Virus genome (UHGV): UHGV-0160030
Reading direction: 5' to 3' (one strand)
Length of the DNA: 40,988 nucleotides
Source of the DNA: a virus
Shown here: positions 9,710 to 18,108 of the stretch, one piece after another
Layout: every line of letters starts with the position of its first letter
Position numbering within the stretch: the stretch's first letter is position 1
Program-made: the position numbers and the translations under genes
The notes under the pieces: model-generated
Databases searched by the model: none
Told to the model about the DNA's origin: nothing
What the model saw: the letters and a program-made list of their open reading frames with translations, nothing else

Positions 9710-10928
9710 CGTTCTTTTCCTCTTTGCCTTTCGTATCTTTAAAGTTATTCAACGGATTTGCTGCATTTACGCTGACCAGCATTTCATCCAGACCGTCAAC
9801 CGGGTTCATATCCTCAAATGCCCTGGCTTCATTCCGACTCATCCAGCCATCTGTAATGGCAAAGTGATAGAACTGCGCACGCTCCTGTGGGGTCCCACGG
9901 AGCAACCCCGTGAGGTTGAAACGAACGTAATACCCGGCAGCCCGTTCTGTACGGGTAAACAGGCGACGGTTAAGCTCCTGCTCCCAGTTCGCAACCCAGG
10001 GCATCATCGTGTAGCGAACAAACTGAATCGCCTGCTGCGTAATATTCGAAAATGTGGCTTTTTCCAGGTCATTAATCATGTGCGCCGGGACATTAAAAAT
10101 CCCGGCAATCATCGACCGGTTCAGCTTGGTCATATCAATGATCTGAGCATCCACCGGAGAAACTGTCAGAGCGCGGTAATCCAGTTGCGCAGGCAGCAAC
10201 ATGGTTTTATTTTCCTGGCTGCGAAGCGCTGTCACCGCCCGCTGCCACATATTTTTAAGCCTGCCCCAGCTTTGTTCGTTCAGTTCATTTTTCACAGAAA
10301 TAATACCGGCAGGACGGGCATTACCGTTAAAAAAGGCGCTGGTATACTGCTGGCCACTCATTCCCATACCAATGGTTTCAGCATGCTGCATGATCGGGCT
10401 CAGTCCCATTTTCTGATTGTTTCCCAGCGCCCTGATATGGATCATGTCGTCCGGACTTACCGCAAATGCACCCTCTTCGTTATACACCCCGTAAGTATGA
10501 CGCCCACCGGTGTTAAGTAACGTGGTTTCCCATGGCATACAGCATTCAAGGCTGGTAACCTCTCCACGACGATTACGTTTTACCCACGTATAACCATTGC
10601 CCCACCCCAGCACATGACGCTGCTTCAGTTCCCGCCACTTATAGCTGGTCTGCCAGGCATTAGGTTCATCATGAACGAGCCAGAACAACGGATGATCGCG
10701 TGCCGGCTGAACATGCTCATTCGTTTTTCGCATCACATGCAGGGGCATCTGAGCCACACTGGATGAAATAACATAAATACAGGCATAGACAGCAGCCAGC
10801 TTCATGGATGTTTCCGGACTGACATACACATCCCGGGCAAAAATATTATCCGTCTCAGCGGCCTCTCCGGTTACCGGAACCGAGGGATTTTCCAGAGGCT
10901 CACTGCGAAACAGAGCATCAAGAAGCAT
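9702..10928 (-). CDS. Portal protein (HK97 family)
   Basis: 408 aa; synteny downstream of terminase. Confidence 0.8.
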   Translation of the reverse strand: MLLDALFRSEPLENPSVPVTGEAAETDNIFARDVYVSPETSMKLAAVYACIYVISSSVAQMPLHVMRKTNEHVQPARDHPLFWLVHDEPNAWQTSYKWRELKQRHVLGWGNGYTWVKRNRRGEVTSLECCMPWETTLLNTGGRHTYGVYNEEGAFAVSPDDMIHIRALGNNQKMGLSPIMQHAETIGMGMSGQQYTSAFFNGNARPAGIISVKNELNEQSWGRLKNMWQRAVTALRSQENKTMLLPAQLDYRALTVSPVDAQIIDMTKLNRSMIAGIFNVPAHMINDLEKATFSNITQQAIQFVRYTMMPWVANWEQELNRRLFTRTERAAGYYVRFNLTGLLRGTPQERAQFYHFAITDGWMSRNEARAFEDMNPVDGLDEMLVSVNAANPLNNFKDTKGKEEKNDE

Positions 10929-11075
10929 GTTTTCTCCTCATGGACACCACCAGTGCATAAAGCAGCAACAAACAGCCCGACAGCATCAGAGACGCTGGCA
11001 GACCTGCATACAGATAAACGCCAGCAGTGAGCAAACCGAAACCGATCAGCCCGGTCATATCAGTAATAAGCTGTT

Positions 11076-12833
11076 TCACAGAATTAACAGGTCCTCATCA
11101 GGATCAAGCGTGGACAGAAAGTCATTCACGCCCCCTCCATTTACCAGAAAGCGGCTCATGGCTGTAAAAAGCGCAACAGGGCCGTCGATTTTGGCTTCCG
11201 GCGTGGATTTATTCGGGAAGATGTTGTCGTTTTTGTCCGGTTTTACAGTAACGTTAGACATCATCCAGTTCATGACCGGATGATTGCTGTGATGGAAACG
11301 CCCGGCATAAACCAGTGATTCCGTTTCCTTCATGGCCTCTGACAGATTGCGGACCGTCTGCGGAACCTCCACCAGCGGTATCCCTTCTTCAGCCAGTGCC
11401 AGGCTGAACTGCATTGCGCTCCACGGGTCAAATCCCAGTTCCCTGAGGTTTTCACCGCCAATCCATTCCAGTAAGTCACTTTTTATCTGAGCATGATCGA
11501 TAACATCACCATCCGTCAGGATGAGCTTATCCATCTCCGCCCACTTCCGGTAAAGTTCTGCCTGCTGCCGCGAGCATCGTTCCAGCCGTCCTTCCGGAAG
11601 CCAGAATTTAAAATCAGCATGAACATGTCCGTTATCGGTTCGCCAGAGTTTTGCCGCCGCACAGATATCAATCTTATGAGCAAGGTCGACGCCGACCCAC
11701 ATGGGATATGTTTTCAGCTCATGTTGTGGAGCAATGTATTCGCACTTCTCCCACTTAATCATATCCATCCAGGCAGATTCGGCAGTGACCCACACATTCA
11801 TGTGTTTGGTAAAAAAATTCACCCGCGCAGAGACCTGCTCCTTCGCTTTTTTCGCCAGACGACGCAGATCATCCCAGCGTTTACAGATGCCCAGGCCAGG
11901 ATTCGCTTTCTGCCAGACCGTTTCATCAAACGGATCATCTCCCTCATCAAGCGTGTAAATGATCGCAAAGTAAGAGTCGTCTTTTACAGCGCCCTCCACG
12001 TCGCTGTTATAGCCTCGCAATACCTTGATGGCGTAATCACGCTGCTCGTAACAAATCCCTTCCTTGTTAAAGCCAGCCGTGGTGATACCAAATAACAGGG
12101 ACTGCAGACGGGCACCGGTTGCCGTTTCCAGAACGTCCCACACGTCGCGGGTTTTATGTGCATGCAGCTCATCAATAATGGCGCAGTGGATGTTCAGACC
12201 GTCCAGGTTGTTTGCATCCGAGGAAAGCGGTTCAAATTTTGATGCGCTCTGCTCCTGGTAAATCGCCAGCTTGTTGAAATCAAACAACCGCCCGAGTGTC
12301 GACCGGGCTTTTCTGACCATATTTTTGGCGTCTTCAAACACGATTCTGGCCTGGTCACGCGTGGTTGCGGCTGAATACACCTCAGCTCCGCCTTCACTAT
12401 CTGCCCCCGTCATATACAGGCCGATACCCGATGACAGTGTTGATTTTGCGTTTTTACGGGCGACTTCGTTGTACGCCGTCCGGAACCGGCGCACCATCAC
12501 CGGACGTCCGCTGCCATCGCTGCGCATGACAACTTCCCCGGTTTCTTCATTGACCAGCGGAATGACAAAACCAAAAATATTAATGAGGATAAATACATGC
12601 CAGTCCATCAACTCAATGGGCTGGCCTGCCAGTGCCCCTTTTACATGAGGCACAAATTTGTAGAAATTCAGGATGTGCTGCGCACGGGGTTCACTGAAAT
12701 AAATCCCCCGCTTTTCGCCGTACTTCAGATCATCAAGAAAACGCTGGCAGGCCAGGCGGACAAATTCGCCAGCAACAATTTCTCCTGCAACAACACGTTC
12801 GGCGTAGCGGATCCCGTCAGCCACTTTTGCCAT
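11076..12833 (-). CDS. Terminase large subunit
   Basis: 585 aa; synteny; TGA/ATG overlap with small subunit. Confidence 0.85.
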   Translation of the reverse strand: MAKVADGIRYAERVVAGEIVAGEFVRLACQRFLDDLKYGEKRGIYFSEPRAQHILNFYKFVPHVKGALAGQPIELMDWHVFILINIFGFVIPLVNEETGEVVMRSDGSGRPVMVRRFRTAYNEVARKNAKSTLSSGIGLYMTGADSEGGAEVYSAATTRDQARIVFEDAKNMVRKARSTLGRLFDFNKLAIYQEQSASKFEPLSSDANNLDGLNIHCAIIDELHAHKTRDVWDVLETATGARLQSLLFGITTAGFNKEGICYEQRDYAIKVLRGYNSDVEGAVKDDSYFAIIYTLDEGDDPFDETVWQKANPGLGICKRWDDLRRLAKKAKEQVSARVNFFTKHMNVWVTAESAWMDMIKWEKCEYIAPQHELKTYPMWVGVDLAHKIDICAAAKLWRTDNGHVHADFKFWLPEGRLERCSRQQAELYRKWAEMDKLILTDGDVIDHAQIKSDLLEWIGGENLRELGFDPWSAMQFSLALAEEGIPLVEVPQTVRNLSEAMKETESLVYAGRFHHSNHPVMNWMMSNVTVKPDKNDNIFPNKSTPEAKIDGPVALFTAMSRFLVNGGGVNDFLSTLDPDEDLLIL

Positions 12834-13315
12834 CAGTCTCTCGCTTTTAAAAGCTCTGCCAGCGGATCAACATTATCCGGTCCGGCGGTATTTACTTTTG
12901 CCCGGCTTGCCGGTGACATACCAAATTCTGCAAGCATCGCCCGGATCCGCTTCCAGGCATCCGCTTTCATCGCAGCAGCCGGGTGTGCCTTAATCAGCAC
13001 ATCACCGTTCTGCGTTTCCGAGCGGTAGGTGTACCCCTCAACATCGAGTGTTTCGCAGTGATGCCGGTATTCGGTATAGGCTTCCACCAGTAGCTCAAGC
13101 GCACGCGCATCAAGCTGAGAAATGATCCCTTCCGCATTCAGCTCTTCCGCCATTCGCCTGAACCAGTACTTCCCCTGCGCCCCTAAATGTTGCGGAATTT
13201 TAGGGAGACCTTTTTCATCCTTTTTAGCGGTTTTTTTGAGGTCTTTAACTGGCCGCTTTGAGGGGTTGCCTCGTATCAAATGCAGGCGTGGCGGGATTTT
13301 CGGGGGTCCAGACAT
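12833..13315 (-). CDS. Terminase small subunit
   Basis: 160 aa, basic N-terminus; directly upstream of and overlapping TerL. Confidence 0.7.
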   Translation of the reverse strand: MSGPPKIPPRLHLIRGNPSKRPVKDLKKTAKKDEKGLPKIPQHLGAQGKYWFRRMAEELNAEGIISQLDARALELLVEAYTEYRHHCETLDVEGYTYRSETQNGDVLIKAHPAAAMKADAWKRIRAMLAEFGMSPASRAKVNTAGPDNVDPLAELLKARD

Positions 13316-13462
13316 AATCGGTTTTACCTATCAATCATTTAATCACATTCCAAAAAAAAGTTTTCGAACCTGCGGCGATGCGAGGAAAGGTCAGGCGGCG
13401 GTACTGAACAGCCAGGGTTGCAGAGATTTGACCCGCCCCTCCCCTGCAGATGGGAGCTGTTA
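13316..13462. other. Predicted cos / packaging recognition interval between HNH gene and terminase small subunit
   Basis: Inference from HK97-type gene order (HNH-cos-TerS-TerL); GC-rich GCGGCGA / GGCGGCGG tracts present; exact cohesive end not determinable from sequence. Confidence 0.35.
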
Positions 13463-13813
13463 TCAATTGATGCGTTCGCGCGCTGTTTTTGCTTTATGAC
13501 AGGGCCAGCACAGACTCTGCAGGTTACTGTCTGCATCCGTGCCACCATGAGCTTTCGGAATGATGTGGTCCACAGTTCTGGCTTCAACGGCTCTCCCATT
13601 GCGCAGGCAGTTCTGACACAGATGATTATCACGCTTCAGTATGCGCGCACGTATGGCATCCCATTTCGAGCCATAGCCACGCTGGTGGCGGCTCAGTCCG
13701 CGTTGATGCTGTACCCATCCTTCGCCACGATGTTTATCGCAGTAACCAGAACTGTCTGTGGTTGTACCTGCACATCCACGCTTACGGCAGGCGCGTGGGA
13801 TTAGTGCTGGCAT
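13463..13813 (-). CDS. HNH endonuclease (packaging-associated)
   Basis: 116 aa; Cys pairs plus DHIIPKAHGG...N motif typical of HNH; location just upstream of terminase. Confidence 0.8.
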   Translation of the reverse strand: MPALIPRACRKRGCAGTTTDSSGYCDKHRGEGWVQHQRGLSRHQRGYGSKWDAIRARILKRDNHLCQNCLRNGRAVEARTVDHIIPKAHGGTDADSNLQSLCWPCHKAKTARERIN

Positions 13814-13951
13814 GTTTCGCCCTTATATAAATCAAAGGTGACCTGCATTGAGTATCTCCATGGAATAGATTTGCTGCTGATATGAGACAGATCAATAGAC
13901 TTCATGAGCCAACGGGTGTAGATATTACTTTTTACTTCAGAGGGTTAACTC

Positions 13952-14491
13952 ATGGATATTAAAGATAAAATCAATACCATTTTGTTATGTGACATTGCCA
14001 TCCACCTAGGTATCGAAACTGATATTGATCCACAGCTTGTTAAATATGCTGTGTCATCTGGTAATGATTGGGTTATCAAGGCCGAATATTCACATTTGGA
14101 TGTTGACGAACCAAGTAAAGAAGATCGTGATTTTGTTACTGCTGTCTTGAATATGTATCGCGGACTTTCCAATGCTTTCAGGAAACTTAGTGATGACGAG
14201 CAAAAAGAATTAGTCCGTGACCATCATCTAAAAATACATGATGGGGCAATTCAGCTCCCAGGTTTCGACGGTAATAATGAATGCGATTACTTCAGTATCA
14301 TTGAGGCATATCAGAAAATTGATCGCTTCCCCGAACAGAAACAGCCCATTGCCAATACTCATTCACGTACAGAACATCTCTATAACGCAATGCTTGATGA
14401 GTTTAAGAAAATTGACGCTGTAAATCGAAGCTGGGATTTATCGAAGGAAGAACTGGCATCCATTCTTTCCACAGCTCCACGCAGTTTCTAA
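13952..14491 (+). CDS. Hypothetical cytoplasmic protein, AT-rich moron opposite to the late operon
   Basis: 179 aa; AGAGGG RBS; no signal peptide; visibly lower GC than flanks; own terminator hairpin at 3' end. Confidence 0.6.
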   Translation: MDIKDKINTILLCDIAIHLGIETDIDPQLVKYAVSSGNDWVIKAEYSHLDVDEPSKEDRDFVTAVLNMYRGLSNAFRKLSDDEQKELVRDHHLKIHDGAIQLPGFDGNNECDYFSIIEAYQKIDRFPEQKQPIANTHSRTEHLYNAMLDEFKKIDAVNRSWDLSKEELASILSTAPRSF

Positions 14492-14496
14492 GTGCT

Positions 14497-14763
14497 TTAG
14501 GCGGGTTTCCAACCCGCCTTATTATGCTCGTATATAGAGAAGGAAGCACCCAAATTAACCAGCGCGGATTTCTTTTCCTCAATACGGCTGTTAAGTTCAG
14601 CAACTGCATGCGGGCGTATGGCCTCAAGAAAAGCACTATATTGATAGGCAGACTGGATTGTCACACCAAGCCCTGCACCACTTTCCAGTATACCTTTCTG
14701 TCGCTGTAGCTCTTTCATCTCGTTATAGATGTAATGTGCGTTACTTAGGTTTTCTACGTTCAC
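14497..14763 (-). CDS. Hypothetical protein (88 aa), convergent with the moron
   Basis: ORF with GTG start; its 3' end runs into the terminator hairpin, so coding status is uncertain. Confidence 0.3.
   Translation of the reverse strand: MNVENLSNAHYIYNEMKELQRQKGILESGAGLGVTIQSAYQYSAFLEAIRPHAVAELNSRIEEKKSALVNLGASFSIYEHNKAGWKPA
14499..14519 (+). terminator. Hairpin AGGCGGGTT-tcc-AACCCGCCT followed by ttattat, shared by convergent genes
   Basis: Read directly from sequence. Confidence 0.6.
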
Positions 14764-14918
14764 GCCCTAAGTTCTTCCTGCAGTTAGCCTGCACTGATTT
14801 GTTATGCGCCAATATGTCCCGCTTCGTCTGTTGCATTATCATAAGTAATAGCGTAGGTTGACACCTTGGCTCTCTTTCGCCACCGGCGAATCTTTAGCGG
14901 ATTATCCTTGGCCGGTTT

Positions 14919-15386
14919 TTATCTGAGACATTGCTCACGAATGTATAGCTGTGCCCCTTCCAGTTGCTTCTGCATCGTCATCAACCGTTCTCTGAGGGTG
15001 AAATAATCCCGTTCAGCGGTGTCTGCCAATCTGGGGCTGGTTGCATTATCCACGCTGGTGGGTCCGGTGGCTTCACGCACGGCTGCGGAGCAACTGGCAT
15101 TGACCCGCAGGCGCTTACGACCAGCGGCAACATCAGCGCGCAGAGTTTCATTTTCAGCTTTCGCATTGGCTAATTCTCTCGAGTACTTTGCATCGAGCGC
15201 AGCAACATCACGCTGACGCTGCTGCATGTCAGCGATGGTGGCGGTCAGCTGCTTCAGCTCACTGACTTTTTTATCACGCTGTTCTTTGTAGGTGATGGCG
15301 TTATCACGGTAATGATTGACCGCCCACGACAGGCAGACGATGATGCAGATAACCAGAGCATAAATAATCGCGGCGACTCTGCTCAC
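14919..15386 (-). CDS. Rz: Inner-membrane spanin Rz
   Basis: Translation [33 protein letters not shown]... closely matches recalled lambda Rz; GTG start overlapping endolysin stop (GTGA). Confidence 0.85.
   Translation of the reverse strand: MSRVAAIIYALVICIIVCLSWAVNHYRDNAITYKEQRDKKVSELKQLTATIADMQQRQRDVAALDAKYSRELANAKAENETLRADVAAGRKRLRVNASCSAAVREATGPTSVDNATSPRLADTAERDYFTLRERLMTMQKQLEGAQLYIREQCLR
14981..15166 (-). CDS. Rz1: Outer-membrane lipoprotein spanin Rz1, embedded in Rz in another frame
   Basis: [22 protein letters not shown]... lipobox and proline-rich tail, matches recalled lambda Rz1; fully nested in Rz. Confidence 0.8.
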   Translation of the reverse strand: MRKLKMKLCALMLPLVVSACGSMPVAPQPCVKPPDPPAWIMQPAPDWQTPLNGIISPSENG

Positions 15387-15916
15387 TGATCTATTCCCCA
15401 ACAGGCTAATGCGCTTTCTTGGTCACGACGAATAACCTGTCCATAGCAGTTATTTGAACGTATGCGGCAATCGCGCCCACCATCTTTTATCCACCAGCGA
15501 ATCGCCTCGCATGCGCCCTTACGATCACCAGCATTCAGCCGCTTATAAAACGTCGATGGAAAACACTTACCGGGGCCAATGTTATAGGGACAAAATGACG
15601 CGATACCCGCTTTTTGTGGTTCGGTCAGTGGTACTTTAATATTGCGCTCCACCCATGCCAGCGCCTTATCACGCTCAATGGCGTTGACCTGGTCGCATTT
15701 TTCCTTCGACAGTTTCATACCGGGAAAAACGGGTTTTCCATCCACCATCGTGGCACCCCGACAGATGGTCCAGATGCCGGAACCATCGCGGTATGCCGTT
15801 GTGTGGTTACCTTCTTTTTCATCCAGAAACTGGTCGAGAATATCAGGCGCGGGCGCACCGACGGCAATCAGTGCCAGAACGGCAGCCGACAGGCCGTATC
15901 TGATTTTTGCGTTCAT
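15383..15916 (-). CDS. Endolysin, lysozyme-like with N-terminal SAR (signal-anchor-release) segment
   Basis: 177 aa; Gly/Ala-rich weakly hydrophobic N-terminus [14 protein letters not shown]; position upstream of Rz. Confidence 0.75.
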   Translation of the reverse strand: MNAKIRYGLSAAVLALIAVGAPAPDILDQFLDEKEGNHTTAYRDGSGIWTICRGATMVDGKPVFPGMKLSKEKCDQVNAIERDKALAWVERNIKVPLTEPQKAGIASFCPYNIGPGKCFPSTFYKRLNAGDRKGACEAIRWWIKDGGRDCRIRSNNCYGQVIRRDQESALACWGIDQ

Positions 15917-15979
15917 GGATATTTATCAGGATTTATCGGTTTCTGCCCACGGACAGGTTTATCTGTTCCGGTCAGTGAC

Positions 15980-16330
15980 TTAAGGTTGTGATTCCGGAGG
16001 AGTCTTCAGAGAACCAGTAATTCTTCCTGGTAGCTTTCCTTTGTAGGTTATCCACACATTCTGCGCCTCTAAAATTACGGGGCGCTTTTCCGGCGACTGC
16101 TCATCCCCTTCACATAACCCGGCAGCAACATCCAGGAAGACCTGTCTGATGCTCCTTCTGGCTGCTGCCTCATAAAACCCCAGCGCGGCACCTTCAACAC
16201 GGTCCAGCGAGATGTCCAGGTCAAAAATTTCACCGTCAAAGCGTTTTTTGTCCCGTAACGCTAAAGTTACCGTAACTTTATTCTCAAAATTGCGGATCCC
16301 TTTCACAATCAGTTCATAGTTTTGAGTCAT
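15980..16330 (-). CDS. Hypothetical protein inserted between holin and endolysin
   Basis: 116 aa; ATG 4 nt after holin stop with GGGAGAG RBS; no recognisable motif. Confidence 0.6.
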   Translation of the reverse strand: MTQNYELIVKGIRNFENKVTVTLALRDKKRFDGEIFDLDISLDRVEGAALGFYEAAARRSIRQVFLDVAAGLCEGDEQSPEKRPVILEAQNVWITYKGKLPGRITGSLKTPPESQP

Positions 16331-16334
16331 TGAA

Positions 16335-16550
16335 TTACTCTCCCCGTGCAGCCTTACGACGGTCCTCTCTGATTTTGAAATACAGGTTAGTCAGATATGT
16401 CAGGAAGCCCAGAACCAGACTCCCCAGTACACCAATCGCAGCCCACTGTGACGGACTGACCTGATCAAGCCACTGTAAAAACCAGTAGCCAGCACTGCCT
16501 GCGGAGGTGCCGTAGGCAATGCCCGTTGAAATTTTATCCATGGATTTCAT
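16335..16550 (-). CDS. S: Pinholin (phage 21 S-like class II holin) with dual start motif
   Basis: 71 aa [27 protein letters not shown]...; two TM segments; Met1/Met4 dual start; strong GGAGGTGAGG RBS; the track ORF start at 16649 is an upstream extension. Confidence 0.8.
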   Translation of the reverse strand: MKSMDKISTGIAYGTSAGSAGYWFLQWLDQVSPSQWAAIGVLGSLVLGFLTYLTNLYFKIREDRRKAARGE

Positions 16551-16990
16551 AGCCTCACCTCCGCAGCGAACGGATGGCGTAGTTATAAGGGGAGCGAAAA
16601 AGAAAGAATGCGCGATTGCGCAATATGGTAACGTCAGGGTATTATCCACTGGCTGAATAGATCACTTCACGTTTTTTGTTCCTTGCCGCCCGTATCCATA
16701 TGCGGGCTTTTTTTTGCATGTAAAAAGGCCCCAACACATGTGCGTGGGGCCTGAGAGTATACATGGTTTCAGTCAACTGCATGGTGCCGGGTGCCTCCCG
16801 GTGAATTCAGTACCAGCACCTGAATCCGCGATTATCCCATATACCTACTCGCTGATTGCCCCTCCGCACAGGGGGATTCACCATGCCAGTTTCTTTTAAC
16901 AAACTCCCCGCAAAACAGACAACTGTCAACCGTCTGAATTGTGAGACATTTAAAAAAAGGCCCGCAAAAGCGAGCCGGGAAAAATAAGTC

Positions 16991-17067
16991 TGGCGCGTTG
17001 TACTGGATTCGAACCAGTGACCGATTGCTTAGAAGGCAATTGCTCTGTCCGGTTGAGCTAACAACGC
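16991..17067 (-). tRNA. tRNA-Arg (anticodon UCU)
   Basis: Hand-folded cloverleaf: acceptor GCGTTGT/ACAACGC, anticodon loop CUUCUAA, T-loop TTCGAAT, CCA encoded. Confidence 0.8.
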
Positions 17068-17080
17068 AGGGTACAGATAA

Positions 17081-17157
17081 TGGACCGCCATCGAGGACTC
17101 GAACCCCGCGCAACCAGCTTCGAAGGCTGGCGCTCTATCCTGATGAGCTAATGGCGG
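17081..17157 (-). tRNA. tRNA-Arg (anticodon UCG)
   Basis: Hand-folded: anticodon stem CCAGC/GCTGG, loop CUUCGAA, T-loop TTCGAGT, 3' CCA; exact 5' end uncertain by 1 nt. Confidence 0.7.
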
Positions 17158-17164
17158 TATGTGA

Positions 17165-17240
17165 TGGTGGCCCTTGCTGGATTTGAACCAGCGACCTGGC
17201 GATTATGAGTCGCTCGCTCTCACCACTGAGCTAAAGGGCC
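17165..17240 (-). tRNA. tRNA with anticodon CAU (Ile2 lysidine-type or Met), resembles E. coli ileX
   Basis: GGCCCTTTAGCTCAGTGGT...CTCATAA...GGTTCAAATCC...CCACCA. Confidence 0.75.
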
Positions 17241-17280
17241 GGGAGCCGCATAATAACGACGCGTAATTAATTCTTCAATA

Positions 17281-17559
17281 TCATCCGTTCTGGCTGACTA
17301 AATCCTGTACTTCCCGAACCGTCTGCTCAAAACGTTCAGTCTCCAGCTCAACGCCAATTGCACGACGCCCGAGCGCCAGTGCCGCTTTCACTGTCGAACC
17401 CGACCCCATGAAAAAATCTGCAATCAGGTCACCCGGACGACTGCTAGCGCTGATTATCTGCTGCAGCATTTCTGCCGGTTTTTCGCACGGATGTTTCCCG
17501 GGATAGAACTGCACCGGTTTATGCGTCCAGACATCGGTATACGGCACCTGCGCCGTCAC
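17281..17559 (-). pseudogene. C-terminal remnant of an N6/N4-type DNA methyltransferase
   Basis: Carries only the C-terminal AdoMet motif (DFFMGSGST) and HPCEKP; the N-terminal half with the DPPY-type catalytic motif is absent; frame opens at GTG just downstream of the Q terminator. Confidence 0.55.
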
Positions 17560-17617
17560 GCCAAAATACCGCCGCAGTCGGCATTCACAACCACCAGCGC
17601 ATTTAACGTTCAGCCAT

Positions 17618-17640
17618 AAAAAAACCCGCTCGCGGCGGGT
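17618..17640 (-). terminator. tR'-like intrinsic terminator immediately downstream of Q
   Basis: plus strand aaaaaaacccgctcgcggcgggt; on the minus transcript GC stem followed by U-run, about 70 nt after Q stop. Confidence 0.65.
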
Positions 17641-17710
17641 TTAAGCTGTGTGGCGAAGTAACCACTCTTAACATACTGACATACTTTTTGCGGACCGCAC
17701 TAATCATTTT

Positions 17711-18091
17711 TTACTTTTTTAGCAGCCAGTCGTCCATCTCCAGTCTTACCCCCAGCACAGACAAACATCCGTCAATAAACCCTTCGGCTATCTGCATCTC
17801 AATTCGTATTGCTTTTTCGCTTTTCTTTCTCGTCCTGGCTATCTGTCTTTTTGATATTCGCAACAAATAATGAGCAATGAGAAGCGAATACTCCTCAGGT
17901 TTTTTCTGCTTCAGACGAGCAAGACAGTTTTCAATGATAAGTCCGTCATCATCGCAGCAGGCCGGACGTGGTTTAGTGGCAGATGGTAAAAGTCCTTTGA
18001 ATCCGGCAGCGATCGGAGAATAGTCCACCCCGGTGTTACCACTTGCAGCCCATGCCCCCCAGCGTTCAAGAACCATCTGAATATCACGCAT
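17711..18091 (-). CDS. Q: Late gene antiterminator Q (phage 21 / 933W-type Q family)
   Basis: MRDIQMVLERWGAWAA...CCDDD...RLEMD matches recalled Q21-type proteins; ATG at 18106 is an alternative upstream start. Confidence 0.8.
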   Translation of the reverse strand: MRDIQMVLERWGAWAASGNTGVDYSPIAAGFKGLLPSATKPRPACCDDDGLIIENCLARLKQKKPEEYSLLIAHYLLRISKRQIARTRKKSEKAIRIEMQIAEGFIDGCLSVLGVRLEMDDWLLKK

Positions 18092-18108
18092 CAACTTTCT
18101 CCACAAAA

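Noticed and set aside
17281-17559. Intact DNA methyltransferase gene
   Set aside because: Only the C-terminal AdoMet-motif half is present and the frame opens at GTG right after the Q terminator; called a remnant rather than a functional gene.
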